Below, piece by piece: positions 27,850 to 43,000 of a DNA stretch of 64,000 nucleotides. Where the stretch lies: the NCBI GenBank assembly GCA_044892525.1, contig CM097885.1:29514001-29578000 (forward strand), read 5' to 3'. The stretch is from Schmidtea polychroa (Eukaryota). A model generated the notes under the pieces. It ran no database searches and was not told the DNA's origin. It saw only the letters and a program-made list of their open reading frames with translations. The position numbers were made by a program, and so were the translations under genes. The stretch's first letter is position 1. Each line of letters opens with the position of its first letter.

Positions 27850-28003
27850 TGTGAATAAAATCTTCCGAAATAAATTACTATTAAGAGGTAAAACAAGGAA
27901 GTCTTGTTGAAATTATCATTTACAGATATTTGGTAAAGTTAAACGTTTTTATATTTTATTTTATTTTTTATATGTTAATGTTTAATGTTTATATGTTTTA
28001 ATT

Positions 28004-28300
28004 GTTTAAGTTTCATTGATGATTGAACCAAAGCTGATATTTCTTTTTGCATACGAATCGCAATACCAGGATATATAAAACGATATTGCAATATAAATCT
28101 TTATATTGCACTTTTTCATGCTGCTCTAAGTCACCTCATGAATGCCAGCATCTTTTTGGCTATAGTTGTAAAACTTAAACCTTGTTCTGTCAGTGCTTTC
28201 ATTAAATATTCTATCAAATCTCTCCCGTTCAAATCCATTGTGCGAATTGCACAAGCCAATACATAACCTTCATAAATTGACATAGAATGTATCCCACCAC
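28004..28300 (-). pseudogene. Actin pseudogene fragment with internal deletions
   Basis: Minus strand reads [45 protein letters not shown], then AGIHEVT*SSMKKC, KDLYCNIV and YPGIAIRMQKEISALVQSSMKLK. These match actin [30 protein letters not shown] and [23 protein letters not shown]. Contains a stop and frameshifts. Confidence 0.85.
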
Positions 28301-30179
28301 GTTCCAAAAATTGACTTTTTAAACAAAACCATTCAAATTCCGGCGCAAATTAATCATTAATTATAAATAAAACATTCGTTTTATTTTCATATGTAAATTT
28401 TGACTTTATTTTTATTGTTTTATCCTAAATCGATGACATTAATGAAGAAAATGTAATTATATAATAATCGAATCGAATGTATAAATATTTGAATAAATAA
28501 TATATAAAAGGAAAATGTGTTTATTTGAACATTTTTAAAAATATTGCATTAAAATATTATATAAAGATATTTTATTCAATTCCATATCATATTCAATCGA
28601 ACACTGAGAATTTCTAGTTATTTTGAAGGAAAACAATTTATGACACAGGAAGAAACTTCACGTAGATTTTGTAGAGAATTCAATAGTGGACTCAAGTATA
28701 AACGTCACTTGAACTGAAATAAAAAATATTTTATTATTTGTCTTGATTATAATCCTAAATAATTAAGAATAAATACAATACTAATTTATACTACTAACAT
28801 ATTAATTAATACTAATATTTATCATCACGAAAATAGAACTCATAGATCTTCCAGAATTAGTGAGTTAGGACTCGTCAAGAAAAGTAAAAAATAAACAACT
28901 TTGAAAATCATTCAAAAAAATAATTATTTATTAAGGAACGTTGATAATTCCTCTAAAAGGTGTAGTGTAATAGGTAATAATAAGTAACCCTAGCTTGATT
29001 GTTTTTATTTATTCCTCATATTTAATGATAATACCAATAAATGGCAGTGATAAAGTATTAGGAGAAAATATTTCGGAATAATATTTATTATTATCATACC
29101 AATAGTAGCGGAAAGGAAGTGGTGAAAATTCTTTTAACTAGTAACTATATGATTATTAAATAAAGTTTCGAAAGTCATATGGTTCAATTTAGCAAAGTTT
29201 TTTCGCGGCCTTACAGAAATTTTAATGTTTCTTTATATGTAGTGGAATAAAGTGGAAATTGTCAAATGTTTGGCATCATCCTTTATCAGTAGAAATTCCC
29301 TAACAAATTCCATATTTTTTCCATATAATTTCCTAAAATATGTATTTTCACATTATAAAAAGTATATTTATTAAATAATTAATTAATTTACATTATGCAG
29401 CGTTTTATTAACTCTTTTTAAGGTGGTGCCAATATACTGTACACCATTTTAAACTAATAAAAATATCTAAGTGTAACGCTGTCGGTAATCATTTTTACTT
29501 TTGGTACAATTACTGACATATTGAGCCACAAGAGAACAAATTTCCATGTTTTTATTTTTTTATGATCATTTGTAACTATAATTATTATTAAAAACATGTG
29601 TGTGTGTGTGTGAAATTAATTTTATTAATAATCAGTTATATATTGCTATTAATCACATATTTCAAACATACAAATATTGTTTTTAGGCATGTAAAAAATT
29701 TTAAAAGGATTTCATTTTTAATTTCTAATACATATTGATTATTCAAATAAAATTTCAATTATCAATTTTAATTGATTTCGATTCAACTCTCACATAATTC
29801 TTAAGAAATGTCAAAGACTTTGTAGATTACTTCAACCGTGGAAACATTAATAACAAAATCAAGAATAAAAAGATTTTTAAACAAAAATAAAATTATTGAT
29901 TTAGCACTTGCTGTTGAAAATTATTCCTGCGCTTTAATATTATGTTAGTTGAAAATAATCCATTTAGAATGTCATTTAATTCCATATAATATGATAGTAA
30001 TTCATATATATATTTATTTATTTATTTATTTATAAAAATTAAAACAGTAAAAGAATGTATAATAAATAATAATTGTTCAGGAAATGGATTGAATGCAACA
30101 TGTGTATTATTATAAATTTTCATATAAAACACATGTTAAAAAGAATTTATATTATTTTAAAATTTATTATTTTAATTGC

Positions 30180-30247
<68 letters not shown>
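30180..30247. repeat. (ATT)n microsatellite
   Basis: Direct inspection. Confidence 0.95.
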
Positions 30248-30248
<1 letters not shown>

Positions 30249-31039
30249 GGAACTGTCAGCTTACATAATCTTGAATAATAACTTTCACTAATAATTTTAA
30301 GATAAATCTATCAAAAAAGACAGACATTCTCCACTAATTATAAATAATTTTGACTTTTTATAATTTTAATTACATATTACGTTTTATGAACTTATTTGTT
30401 ATTTGGGAGAAATGGATTTTCTGTTTTTATTTTTGTCTGAAATAAGTTGATTAGTATTAATTTATTTAAATTAATAAATTTATAAAAATAGAATATGTTT
30501 TCCTTAGATTTGAAGGTCGATAAATAGTTAAAATTTGCTAATTAAACTTGATCATATTTTTATAATTATAAAATTAATAGTATTTCAAGCTTAAAAAGTT
30601 AAATTTAATTAAAATATAATTTATTTAACAATAAAGATTTTTCATTCAGAGTATAAAACTTAACGAGTAATTTAATTATTACTTATAAGAAAAATCTTCC
30701 ATCTTTTTTAATTTAAACATTTTCAAAGGAGGTTCAAATAAAAGCATTATTTAAAGTTGATCGTAATATTTTTAATTTATTCATATTTATTACCTAAAAT
30801 TTATATTAGAAATTTATTTAAATATTCTGTTCCAAAAATTGTAATAAAAATATTACCGAAATCATAAAAAATATTATTAATTATCTACCTAAAAAATTAA
30901 CCTAAAATATATTTTCTCAAAATTTAAATTATAAGAAGAATTTTGAAATTTATAACACTTATTTTAAAGATTTGAATTAAATATTCATTGCTTCAATTAT
31001 CAGTATAAAGTGATGATTTGTTATTTAAAATAATTAAGC

Positions 31040-31116
31040 GATGATTTAAGCCTTTTGCTGCGAATAACGTATTTAAATAAAATATTTTAGACTATAAGAT
31101 AGTCCTTGTCAATCTA
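31040..31116 (-). mobile_element. Family B pLTR-like fragment with a degenerate hammerhead motif
   Basis: Minus strand TTGACAA-g-GACTA-tctta-TAGTC-taaa; shares tttaagccttttgctgc with 2551 and 50947. Confidence 0.5.
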
Positions 31117-31451
31117 AATAAGTAAATGACCGCAAAATACCTTATTTCCTTGAATATGAACCGTGGGTATAGAATCATATTTTACTGTCCGTCATACATG
31201 TGCCACATATTTTTCAAAGTTTTCGCCGAATTTAACTTACCGAAAATCACTTATTACAGTAAAATCAATTATATTTTACCGGTTTAGTTAAAATTCACGG
31301 ATGATACTTATATGTGGAGAATATGCGGGTAAATACGGTTATCAAAATAATTTTTAAGAAATGATCCGCATCAGCAATTGTATATTTTAATTATTGTCAA
31401 AATATTATGTAAGGTGATGTAATAGCTATGACATAATGAATTAATTAAATA

Positions 31452-32153
31452 CACCCAACTCTTTTTTTACACGATTTTGAAATAACACGGTCCACAAAAA
31501 AGGAACAAATCTTCTTTTTTGCACGAAATATTCGGTTTAACACTATTTCCAAAAAAAAATTGTTTTAATTTTGTTTTTATTGTTATTTTGACAAATATTT
31601 TTTTAGATAATTTTACTTACATAAGGAAATTTTAATAAACTGGTAATGCTATTTTTTTTAGATTTAAAAATTTTTTATTAATTGTTTTTATTTTAATTTT
31701 TATTATAGCCGATTAATAAGATGCCTAGACCTAAGTGAGTAAAGCAATTTTAGCCAGTCTATAATAAACGTGCACGCTTATTATAAAGTAGTGATAATAA
31801 ATATTAGTTGTTAAATAAGACTTATATTTCCAATTTGAATTTAATTTATATGTATTTATGAACAAAAATTTTATTTGTTTTTTTCTTATAGACTAAAATT
31901 ACTATTATTATCTATTTTTAATAAAAACATGTATGGATTATATTTTCTAAAACTTATATAATATGGTTTCAAGATCTACTATTTTTTTGCACAGTTTTTA
32001 TAACAACTAATGATTCTTTTTTCTATTTTACACGGTTTTCTATAATTGTAGAACACATCCTCAATTTTAATGGTTAACATGTCTTTTTTTACACGATTTC
32101 TTTTACACGATTTTCGTTTGAACGTATATACCGGGTAAAAAAGGAGTTGGGTG
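31452..32153. mobile_element. ~700-bp non-autonomous Tc1/mariner-pogo-type DNA transposon (MITE)
   Basis: TIRs CACCCAACTCTTTTTTTACAC / GGGTAAAAAAGGAGTTGGGTG flanked by TA on both sides. Confidence 0.8.
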
Positions 32154-35007
32154 TAATATCAATAGATTAGTTGATGATTGAATATTGATTGTAAGGAGTT
32201 GTAATTTAATCATTAGTGTCTCACATCATGTTTTTTTCAATATTTATCAATGTTTTATAAACAATTTGAAAATTATTTCAATTTGTTGTCTTGTTAATAT
32301 TACTCAAACCCTTTAACCAGTTATGGTCATAAAAAAGTGTATAGGAATGATAGTATATCTCTCCAATGTTTGGCATTAAGTCCATTACATAAACAGTTTA
32401 TGTGTATCGATAAAATATTTAGAGCGCAGAGAAGATTATGATTTTTCGTACGCCATGTTTACAAGTTTACAGATTTCTTGTGGCCAATTTAAAAAGCAAG
32501 TGATGTGTTTTTCAGTGTACCAGGGACAGTATGCAATAAAGGTGAATCAGCAACCTGGTGCGAAGAGAAATCTTCGCGTGTCTTGTAAAGTACTGATAAG
32601 AGCAAAATGCTCGAAACTAGTCTACTATTGGGACTTGCACTTAGTATCACAAAGCGTGTGCTGTTTATATTAATTAATAAACTATTATAAAAAATTCAAG
32701 ATTTTTTTTTAAAAGTAAATGCCTATTTACTTGAAATCTTTAAGCAAATTTAAATTGAATATATATTTTTTAATTCATTTAAATATTATTTTAAATCATA
32801 AATTTATCGGTTCTAGATCTGGGCAAAAAAGAGAATTTTATACCGGTAAACTTGCCAGCATCAAAAAACAAAAGCCCTCAAATTGACAAACATTTAACTA
32901 TTGAAAATTTAATAATTTTTGCATTTATTTTCCATCTTTATTATTATGATTATAATTGGAATTATTATTGTTTTCATTGATATCAGAAAGAGAAATGAAT
33001 TTTTTATTTTAAATTTATTTTTTCATCATTATCGTGTAAATTAATAAAAATTTAGATTTGTATTTTCGATTAAATATTTTTCCGATCTTTATTTTATGGT
33101 GTTTTATAGGTTCTTTTATGTTTAGATATAGAATTAGCACGAATGTTTTTTGAAGATTTTTATTCGTAAATTAATTAAAAACTCAAATCGGTTTAGAAGT
33201 TAAATTTCCAAATTCTAACATGAAAAGAAATTGTAGATTTAAAATCCGAAAAAAAATTTATTTACATTAATTTTTGACATAAAATAGAGAAATAATGATT
33301 TCATTGTCTAATTACATCATAAAAAGAAGTTTTACAAGAAAAAATCATGGAAAAGGATATTAATGTCCTTGCGTTATTGTGGTCACAGGCTAATGGAAAA
33401 TCAAATGTTTTTTTTCACAAAAATTTATTTTTGACATATTAGAAAGAAATAATGATTTCATTGTATAAGTACATCACAAATAAAATTTATTTTTCAAGAA
33501 ATATTATAGGAAAAGATATTAATATCTTTGTGTTGTTAATATGGTCGCAGACTAATTAAAAATCAAAACGTTTTTTCATTGAAATTTATTTAATAAATAT
33601 TATTATTAAAATTCTTTATTTCCAATTTTAATTTCTTTTACTGCTATTTTTTATTATATAATTCTAATTTTCATTTGTTTAATTGTCTATTCAAATTAAT
33701 TTATTTTAAAATTTTAGACCAATTAACATAATTTAAACAATAAACCTACTTTCTTTTAATCTGTGTTCACTGAAATTTTAGCAAAGGTTTCTATGACCAA
33801 ATTTTCCTATTCAAAAATGTGAGACCACAAAATATTTATATTTAAATATATTGCCCAAGTTTCTCTTTTCTCGCAAAGTTTGCACCAGCCTCCGACGGAC
33901 CCTGTCAACAAAGGGTTTATTATCACAATTGTATACTAAATCTCGTATGATAAAATATTTCTATTTAAAAATTAATGACCAAAAGGTTTTAGCCAAAATA
34001 CCACTTGATAAAAGCAAAGCCAAAGATTTGTGTTGAGTATAATAATGAAAAATATTTGATCTTTTGTCAAATTGAAAATAAATGAAGGTGATCAAAAAAA
34101 TAAAAGATTTCTTTAAATATAAATGTTTATATCTAGTAAAACTTTCCACATAAAATTTTTTTCATAAAACCATTTGTCAAATAGGACTTTTGGACATTGA
34201 AAATTTTGAATACGATTTGTTAATAAAACCTTGATGATAAAACATTTTATTTGTAATTTTTAATGGTATATAAATGGTATATGTCATAAATTTACACAAG
34301 GAATTTCGATCATAGATTATTTACAGGGTTTTATCAGAAAAGGTTCACTTGGTAAATAAAAACACATTGAGTATAAAAGTTTTAGTCAGTTTTTCATGAG
34401 TTAATTTATACATGATTTAAAATACGCGTATCATTATTTAAACAAAAAATGTTTTGTTAAAAATGTTTTAAACAATAAATTCGAATGGGTAATAAAACAT
34501 GTCATCAAAAAAGAAAGAAGTGGAACAATAGTGAAATATTTTAAAATAAAGTAAGTAGTATGATTGGAGCTCCCCAGACCAGGAGCTCCCCGCGCCACAT
34601 ATACCCCCTCCCCCCCCCCCCCGGGAAAAAAAAATTTTTTTTAAAATTTTTTGTTTTAATTAATTGGCCTGGCGGGCTCACACTTTTTTTCATCCCAAAA
34701 ATTAATGTTCCCGCCAACAAATTTTATTAACCGATACCTCATCTTAAAGCTCAGTCCAAGACCTTTCGAATGAGCTATAGGTATCTTATATATCTTTAAT
34801 AGTTTTAATGTTATTAACAATTGATGACCACCATCTTTTCAACGTTAAATTATTATTATTTTTCAAAATATTATTAAGTGATCCAGCGGGGACCTACTTT
34901 TTTTCATCCCAAAAATTATTGTTCCCGCCAACATATTATATTGATAGATAGCTTATTTTAAAGCTCTGTGCAAGAACTTTCTAATGAGATATAGATTTTT
35001 ATCATAC

Positions 35008-36192
35008 GATGACTCATCACATTTTTAGAACAAAGACAATGACTCATCACATTTTTAGAATGTTGTCTAATATTTTAGAATGATGCCAAATATTTTTAGA
35101 ACGATGCCTAATATTTTTAGAACGATGTCTATTATTTTTAGAATGATGTCTAATATTTTAGAACGATGCCAAATATTTTTAGAATGATGCCTAATATTTT
35201 TAGAACGATTACGTCATACTTTTAGAACGATGCCTATTATTTTTAGAATGATGCCTAATATTTTTAGAATGATTACATCATATTTTTAGAACGATGCCTA
35301 TTATTTTTAGAATGATGACTCATCACATTTTTAGAACAAAGACAATGACTCATCACATTTTTAGAACGATGCCTAATATTTTTAGAATGATTACATCATA
35401 CTTTTAGAATGGTGCCTCTTATTTTTAGAATGATTACGTCATAATTTTAGAACGATGCCTAATATTTTTAGAACGATGCCTAATATTTTTAGAATGATTA
35501 CGTCATACTTTTAGAACGATGCCTAATATTTTAGAATGATGTCTATTATTTTTAGAATGATGCCAAATATTTTTAGAACGATGTCTATTATTTTTAGAAT
35601 GATGTCTAATATTTTAGAATGATGCCTAATATTTTTAGAATGATTACGTCATAATTTTAGAACGATGCCAAATATTTTTAGAACGATGCCTAATATTTTT
35701 AGAATGATTACGTCATACTTTTAGAACGATGCCTAATATTTTAGAATGATGTCTATTATTTTTAGAACGATTACGTCATACTTTTAGAACGATGCCTAAT
35801 ATTTTTAGAATGATTACGTCATAATTTTAGAACGATGTCTATTATTTTTAGAATGATGCCTAATATTTTTAGAATGATTACGTCATACTTTTAGAACGAT
35901 GCCAAATACTTTTAGAACGATGCCTAATATTTTTAGAACGATGTCTATTATTTTTAGAATGATGCCAAATATTTTTAGAACGATGTCTATTATTTTTAGA
36001 ATGATGTCTAATATTTTAGAATGATGCCTAATATTTTTAGAATGATTACGTCATAATTTTAGAATGATGCCTATTATTTTTAGAATGATACCTAATATTT
36101 TTAGAATGATTACGTCATACTTTTAGAACGATGCCTAATATTTTTAGAATGATTACATCATACTTTTAGAACGATGCCTAATATTTTTAGAA
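35008..36192. repeat. ~21-bp minisatellite in the left arm of the Polinton-like element
   Basis: Variants of ttttagaa(c/t)gatgcctaatat / ...gattacgtcata / ...gatgactcatcaca, roughly 50-55 units. Confidence 0.95.
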
Positions 36193-36331
36193 TTAATAAT
36201 TTTGTTTTAATTATCGATGATTATATAATTTTGTTTAAATCATTGATTATATAATTCTTTTGTTTTAATTATCGAATACGTAATAATATAATTTTGTTTA
36301 AATCGTTGATTACATATTATTATTTTCTAAG

Positions 36332-36396
<65 letters not shown>

Positions 36397-36548
36397 GCAT
36401 ATATACACCGAGTTTATCCGACAAGATATTCTGTCCCCCTATGGGTACTGCTCACAAATGTACTACTCACATTCAACAAGTCACAAGGGTACTGCTCACA
36501 CTCAATATGTCGTAAATTATTATTATTATTATTTCAAATACAAGTTCA

Positions 36549-36636
<88 letters not shown>

Positions 36637-36996
36637 TATTACGCGCACCGGGAATATTATTATCATATATACTCTTAATCTATCCGACAAAATATTCTAT
36701 CCCTTTATGGGTATTGCTCATATGGGTAATGGTAGCAAGGTGTACTACTCACATTCAACATGTCTCAAAGGGTATAATATAATTATTATTAAATTCTGAC
36801 CAACTTAAATCAATGAAGGGGTAGAACAAAAATATATTAAGTTGCGGTATTTTAAATTTAAAAATATTTTAAAAACTTATTTTGACACTAAAGTTTACTT
36901 AATTAACAAAGACATAATTATTGCACATGCTTTGCATAAATATTATTATTTTTTAAATTTTCAATATTTTCTTTTAAAGTATTAACATGCGCGGGA

Positions 36997-37071
<75 letters not shown>

Positions 37072-40000
37072 GTTAACGAAAAATCTAAAATATGGTTTAC
37101 ACACACAACCCCTCAACCATTATTATTATTATCAATATTATTAACCTAAAATATTTTCTACACACACACACATGCACAACTCATTAACCATTATTATTAT
37201 CAATATTCGTGAAAACCTCAAATATTTTTTACACACACACACAACCCATTAACCATTATTATTATTATTATCAATATTAAAAACCTAAAATATTTTTACA
37301 CACACACACAACCCATTAACAATTATTATTATCAATATTAGTGAAAACCTAAAATATTTTTACATACTAAGTTATGGGGTAGAGTATTATTATGTTTGCA
37401 GTATTCTGTGTTTGCCTTTACAGGAAGTTGTCAATAAGGAGCGATAATTTTACACACACATTCTATATACACATACCTTGTTTAACATGGGTGTATATAC
37501 TCCTAGTCTATCCGACAAAATATTCTGTCCCCCTATGGGTATTGCTCACAAAGGTACTACTCACACTCAACATATCGCAAGGGTATATTAATTATGGTTA
37601 GTAAATAAAACCTATCACACACACTTTAACATTTAAACGATAAAAATCAAGACAAGAGAGGACAAGGCAAAGTGTATGCATTTAGTATTGCCAGGCCTAA
37701 TGAGCAGTGACCAAATATCTGTGCCTGAAAGACACGGTGGATATTTGTTCGCGTCCACAAGGGTCGTCTGTGCCTCCCCCAAGTGGGGTCAAAAGAACTT
37801 GGGCATTATAGTTTTCCGTATGGAACATTACGCCTAGCATGGGTAGTCAACTACCAGCACATTCGAAACGTATAATTTCAAAATACATGCGTCATTGGCA
37901 CTATAACCAAATTAATTAATGTTTTCACTAACACAAATATATATTTACAGAGGCCTCCCACTAGTTGGATTACAACCGCCCACCACGACGATCAGCTTGT
38001 AAATATATATTAATTAAGGGATAAAGAGGACCCACCCAACCCTATTATATTTAATTTACAAATTTTTCTCGCTCTTCTGTTGGTAATCTATCTCAAAATT
38101 ATCATCTCCATCAGGCCATTTGATAGTGATTTCATGGAATACATCTTGCAAATTGGACGTATTTCTTAGTCTCTGATGCGGCGTCAACTATCATTGCTAA
38201 AATTTATATTGATTTAAAAGCAATTAACTTACATTATCTAGCATTTTTTCGTCACAGGCTTGATAAATTAGGCAACTGTTATTTGTGGTATACTTTTTCA
38301 ATGTCATTTCCCACCATAAAACACAGATACCTAAATATAATATATATATATTTTAAAGAATTAATTCATATCTTACATTAATAATAATATTCTTCAGGTA
38401 GTACTTTACTTAATTGATAAAACATCGGTTTTTCCCATTTTTCTTGACAATCGTTGAAAGAAAGTTTACATAATTTAAGTAAACATTCATGTTGAAGGAC
38501 ACCCACAATCAGCTAATTCATTTAAGAAATCCGGAACATAGCAATGTTTCACCATTTTGTCTGGTTCATTTTCTTCTATAATTCATGTTTTATTAAGAAA
38601 TTTCTAAATCCAGAACATAAGTCATTTAGTGTTTCACCATTTTGTTCATCTTCTTCATAATCATATAATTCATTTTCTTCATTACTAAGTAAAATAATTA
38701 AAATATTGTAGTAAATTCTTTATTTACTTACTTTATGGATACTAAAACGAAAGAAATAAAGTTATATCAAAAGTATATTTAAATAAATTAAATTTCAATA
38801 ATTTAATTTAGTTATTTAAAAATATTTAAACAATTTAGTTATTTAAGCATATTTAAACATTAACATTATTATATAGTATAATTTTATATAATATTATAAT
38901 TTTATGTACACTTATATATCCTTCATTTAATTTTTTAAATTCAAAATTTATAATGAAGATTCTTTGAATTAAAAAATATTCTGTTAGTATTTCCAAACAG
39001 TAAACAACGAATTCAATAATTAAAATCTTAATTTTCATGTTGTTAGGGTTGTGGCCAGAATTTAATCGCCATCTAATCGTTTGTTCTCAATTTCGCTCAT
39101 TTTTGTTCAAAACATTCAGGTGAGTTGTTATCTGGAAAGTTTCTTTGAGCTCAGTTTTGTTAAAACACTCACGGTATTTTTGAGGGACGTGACACTGGGA
39201 ATAAATTAACAATGGGTGGTCATCCATACATGTTGTTGGTTTGAACTGTTGATTTATTTTAGAAATATGTATATTAAAAACATTTAAGGTATCATTCAGT
39301 AAAATAATATAGTATTTTTGAGTATTTTTAGTTGATTTATAAATAACAGTATTTTGATATATCAATAAAGACCATATACTTCTAGTCTATCCGACAAAAT
39401 ATTCTGTCCCCCTATGGGTATTGCTAGCAAGGGTACTGGTCACATTCAACATGTCACAAGGCTATATTAATCATTTAGAAATTCTTAGGTAATTTAGTGA
39501 GATGATCAGAAATTCGTGAATATTTTAAATGTAACTTTACACTTATGTCGAGCGACTAATTTATTGGTTAACTTTGTAGTCATTTAAAGCAAAAATTAAT
39601 TTATTCATCTAATGTTCGTTACAATAGTTAATAATATGAGAAAAACATGGTCATTATTCATTGATAATTTTAAATTCTTTATCATTTGGAGTAAATTTGT
39701 TTGAGGCAAAAATAATTAAAGGAGTCATAATAGAAATATGGTTATCATTTATCCAATTAAGGGGCCTATTATTTAGAAATATAAAGTAACAATTATTTTC
39801 TAATTTAATTAGATGATCATTAGACGTAATATATCTTTGCGAGAAATTTAAGATGTTTGAGTAACCAAAACATGGACATTTTGTGCGATAAATTTATGAA
39901 TATTGCTTAATTTTGTTATTTTTAGTCATTTAAAATAATATTTAGCAAAGGTAATTTAGCAAAATATCATTTATCCACCCGATAACAATATTCCTTCAAT

Positions 40001-43000
40001 AGATTAACTGATATTCAACGTATTTAATTTCTGGAAATATAATTAAAATCATAAATTTCCTTCATGAAAGTTAAATTTTCTTTAGTTGTCGATGTCTAAC
40101 TCTTTTAAGTCAATATTTTTGTTACCGTTATCTTCATAATGAATGTCCGTCTTTAAAATGTTAAATAAAATAATTTAAAGCAATAACCTTTGATATCAAT
40201 TATCTCTAAATATTTCAAATATTGCATTGTCAAAACCAAGTAAATTAGTCATTACCCATTAATAAAACCGTGGATAATTAATAAAAACTGGTTCTGAAAC
40301 ATAAATTACTGTGCAATAACATTCATCACAACCTCTAAAACGATATAATTTCACAGGAACTATTCATAGCTGACTATTTCCCTTGAAAATTTGATATTTT
40401 ACCAATAAGAATATATAAATATTCAAAACATTAACCGATCCCTCACCAAATATCTTTACCCCTTAAAACACCTTAAATCGTATATATTACCATCTTAACC
40501 TTCACTAAATCCAACCGAATATAATTTCATCCACTTGTGCCCTTTAATAAATCTTAAAATCTATAGAAAATTCTTCAAAATATGAATTTTATTTAATTGT
40601 CACAGACATTCCTCCATTGAAATAATTTAGTAGCTAAATTCAAAGAGTCCACTAAAAGATCAAAATTCATTAAAATAAATATTTAACCACATGTGTCATC
40701 AAATACCTAACTAGAGATGATAATATCTCATTGATTGATCATAATTATAACCATTATAACATGATATATCTTTCAAACTAAATTTAGGTATATTTTACAA
40801 TAATTTTCAAGTAGATTTTAAATATATCATCATCGTGAAAAAATTAGATTGTTTCAACTTTAGATTTTCAATATTTTAAAGTTCATCAATGTGTAAATAT
40901 TCTTAGAAAAATATATGAAAAAATTATTTAGTCAAATTATCATTACAAAGTCATCATCATCATCAAAATTAATAAAATATAGCAAATTATCAATAAATTA
41001 ATTAAATTTATCTTAGAATTAACACTAAACCTTAAATATTCTTTCAATTAACATGAAATTCACAAAAAAAATGTTAGTAAAATCCCGCTAACTCTAAACA
41101 ATTACCAATGAATTTAATGCCAAATAATAACCAAATATTTGCCTAAATAAAATCATTAAAACACACCAGTACCTTTACGACCAGTACCCTTACGACCAGT
41201 ACCCTTACGACCAATACCCTTACAAGCAGTACCCATAGAGGGAGAAAATATTTTGTCGGATAAACTCCGAGTATATATATAATAAAACGAATTAACAATA
41301 ACTCCATCAAATTGAATCAGTCAAATTATCACAAATTTTAATAAAAAATCTTATTCTAAAGTGGTAAGCAGCGTAAAATCGAAAGATAATTTTAATAACA
41401 CAGAGATAAAATTAACAATATTATTCTCAGGTGGTAAGAATATTTTATTTTTGAGTCTGTTATCCCTCTATTATCATTGCTTACTTGATGTTTTCATAAA
41501 TTTAAGTAAAGTTAATGCTGGGTATGTGTTCTGACACACTTTGTTATTTTCTTAACTTTGAGAGATTATTTTGATTAAAAAGAGTAATGTATCTTGAATT
41601 ATCTTTTAGAATAACTGTTTTTGAAATATTTAATGTAAAATAGTAAATCTCATAATTATTAATTCAATATTAAAGGAGTTAATCAAAATTTAAAATATAA
41701 AGTTATCATAATTGCTTAGTCAAATACCATTTGTTATGTATGTTTGTCATTTTTGGATTAAATACTTTATCAAAATAATTGTTTATCACATTATTATTAT
41801 TCGTTAGTCACTCATATATTAGAAATAATTTATAAATACTCATCACTTATAGCCCCCCCCCCATTTTCCACTAATCCTCCCAACAACTATTTCTTTGAAC
41901 ATTGAATTAAATATTTTTTTTTTATTAAAGTGATCATTTTTATAAATTTTTATGAATTTCATGAAATAATTTTAAATAAATGCAATTAATATATTTCCAT
42001 CTTATCTATGACACTTCTCGGTATATTTACGTTTACGTTCCATTAATGAATAATTCAAACCCTTATTTTCACCTTTTTGAATTTCATTATTAATTAATCA
42101 TAGAATAATGATGATTCTTACCACCTGAGAATAATATTGTTAATTTTATCTCTGTGTTATTAAAATTATCTTTCGATTTTACGCTGCTTACCACTTTAGA
42201 ATAAGATTTTTTATTAAAATTTGTGATAATTTGACTGATTCAATTTGATGGAGTTATTGTTAATTCGTTTTATTATATATATACTCGGAGTTTATCCGAC
42301 AAAATATTTTCTCCCTCTATGGGTACTGCTCGTAAGGGTACTGGTTGTAAGGGTACTGGTCGTAAAGGTACTGGTGTGTTTTAATGATTTTATTTAGGCA
42401 AATATTTGGTTATTATTTGGCATTAAATTCATTGGTAATTTTTTAGAGTTAGCGGGATTTTACTAACATTTTTTTTTGTGAATTTCATGTTAATTGAAAG
42501 AATATTTAAGGTTTAGTGTTAATTCTAAGATAAATTTAATTAATTTATTGATAATTTGCTATATTTTATTAATTTTGATGATGATGATGACTTTGTAATG
42601 ATAATTTGACTAAATAATTTTTTCATATATTTTTCTAAGAATATTTACACATTGATGAACTTTAAAATATTGAAAATCTAAAGTTGAAACAATCTAATTT
42701 TTTCACGATGATGATATATTTAAAATCTACTTGAAAATTATTGTAAAATATACCTAAATTTAGTTTGAAAGATATATCATGTTATAATGGTTATAATTAT
42801 GATCAATCAATGAGATATTATCATCTCTAGTTAGGTATTTGATGACACATGTGGTTAAATATTTATTTTAATGAATTTTGATCTTTTAGTGGACTCTTTG
42901 AATTTAGCTACTAAATTATTTCAATGGAGGAATGTCTGTGACAATTAAATAAAATTCATATTTTGAAGAATTTTCTATAGATTTTAAGATTTATTAAAGG

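Noticed and set aside
32340..32680. Possible LINE C-terminal remnant / 72-aa ORF
   Set aside because: Only a weak SP..K..I..QRR resemblance; insufficient.
35008..36192. CRISPR-like regularly spaced repeats
   Set aside because: The variable parts are a few recurring variants rather than unique spacers; no cas genes; eukaryotic context. It is a minisatellite.
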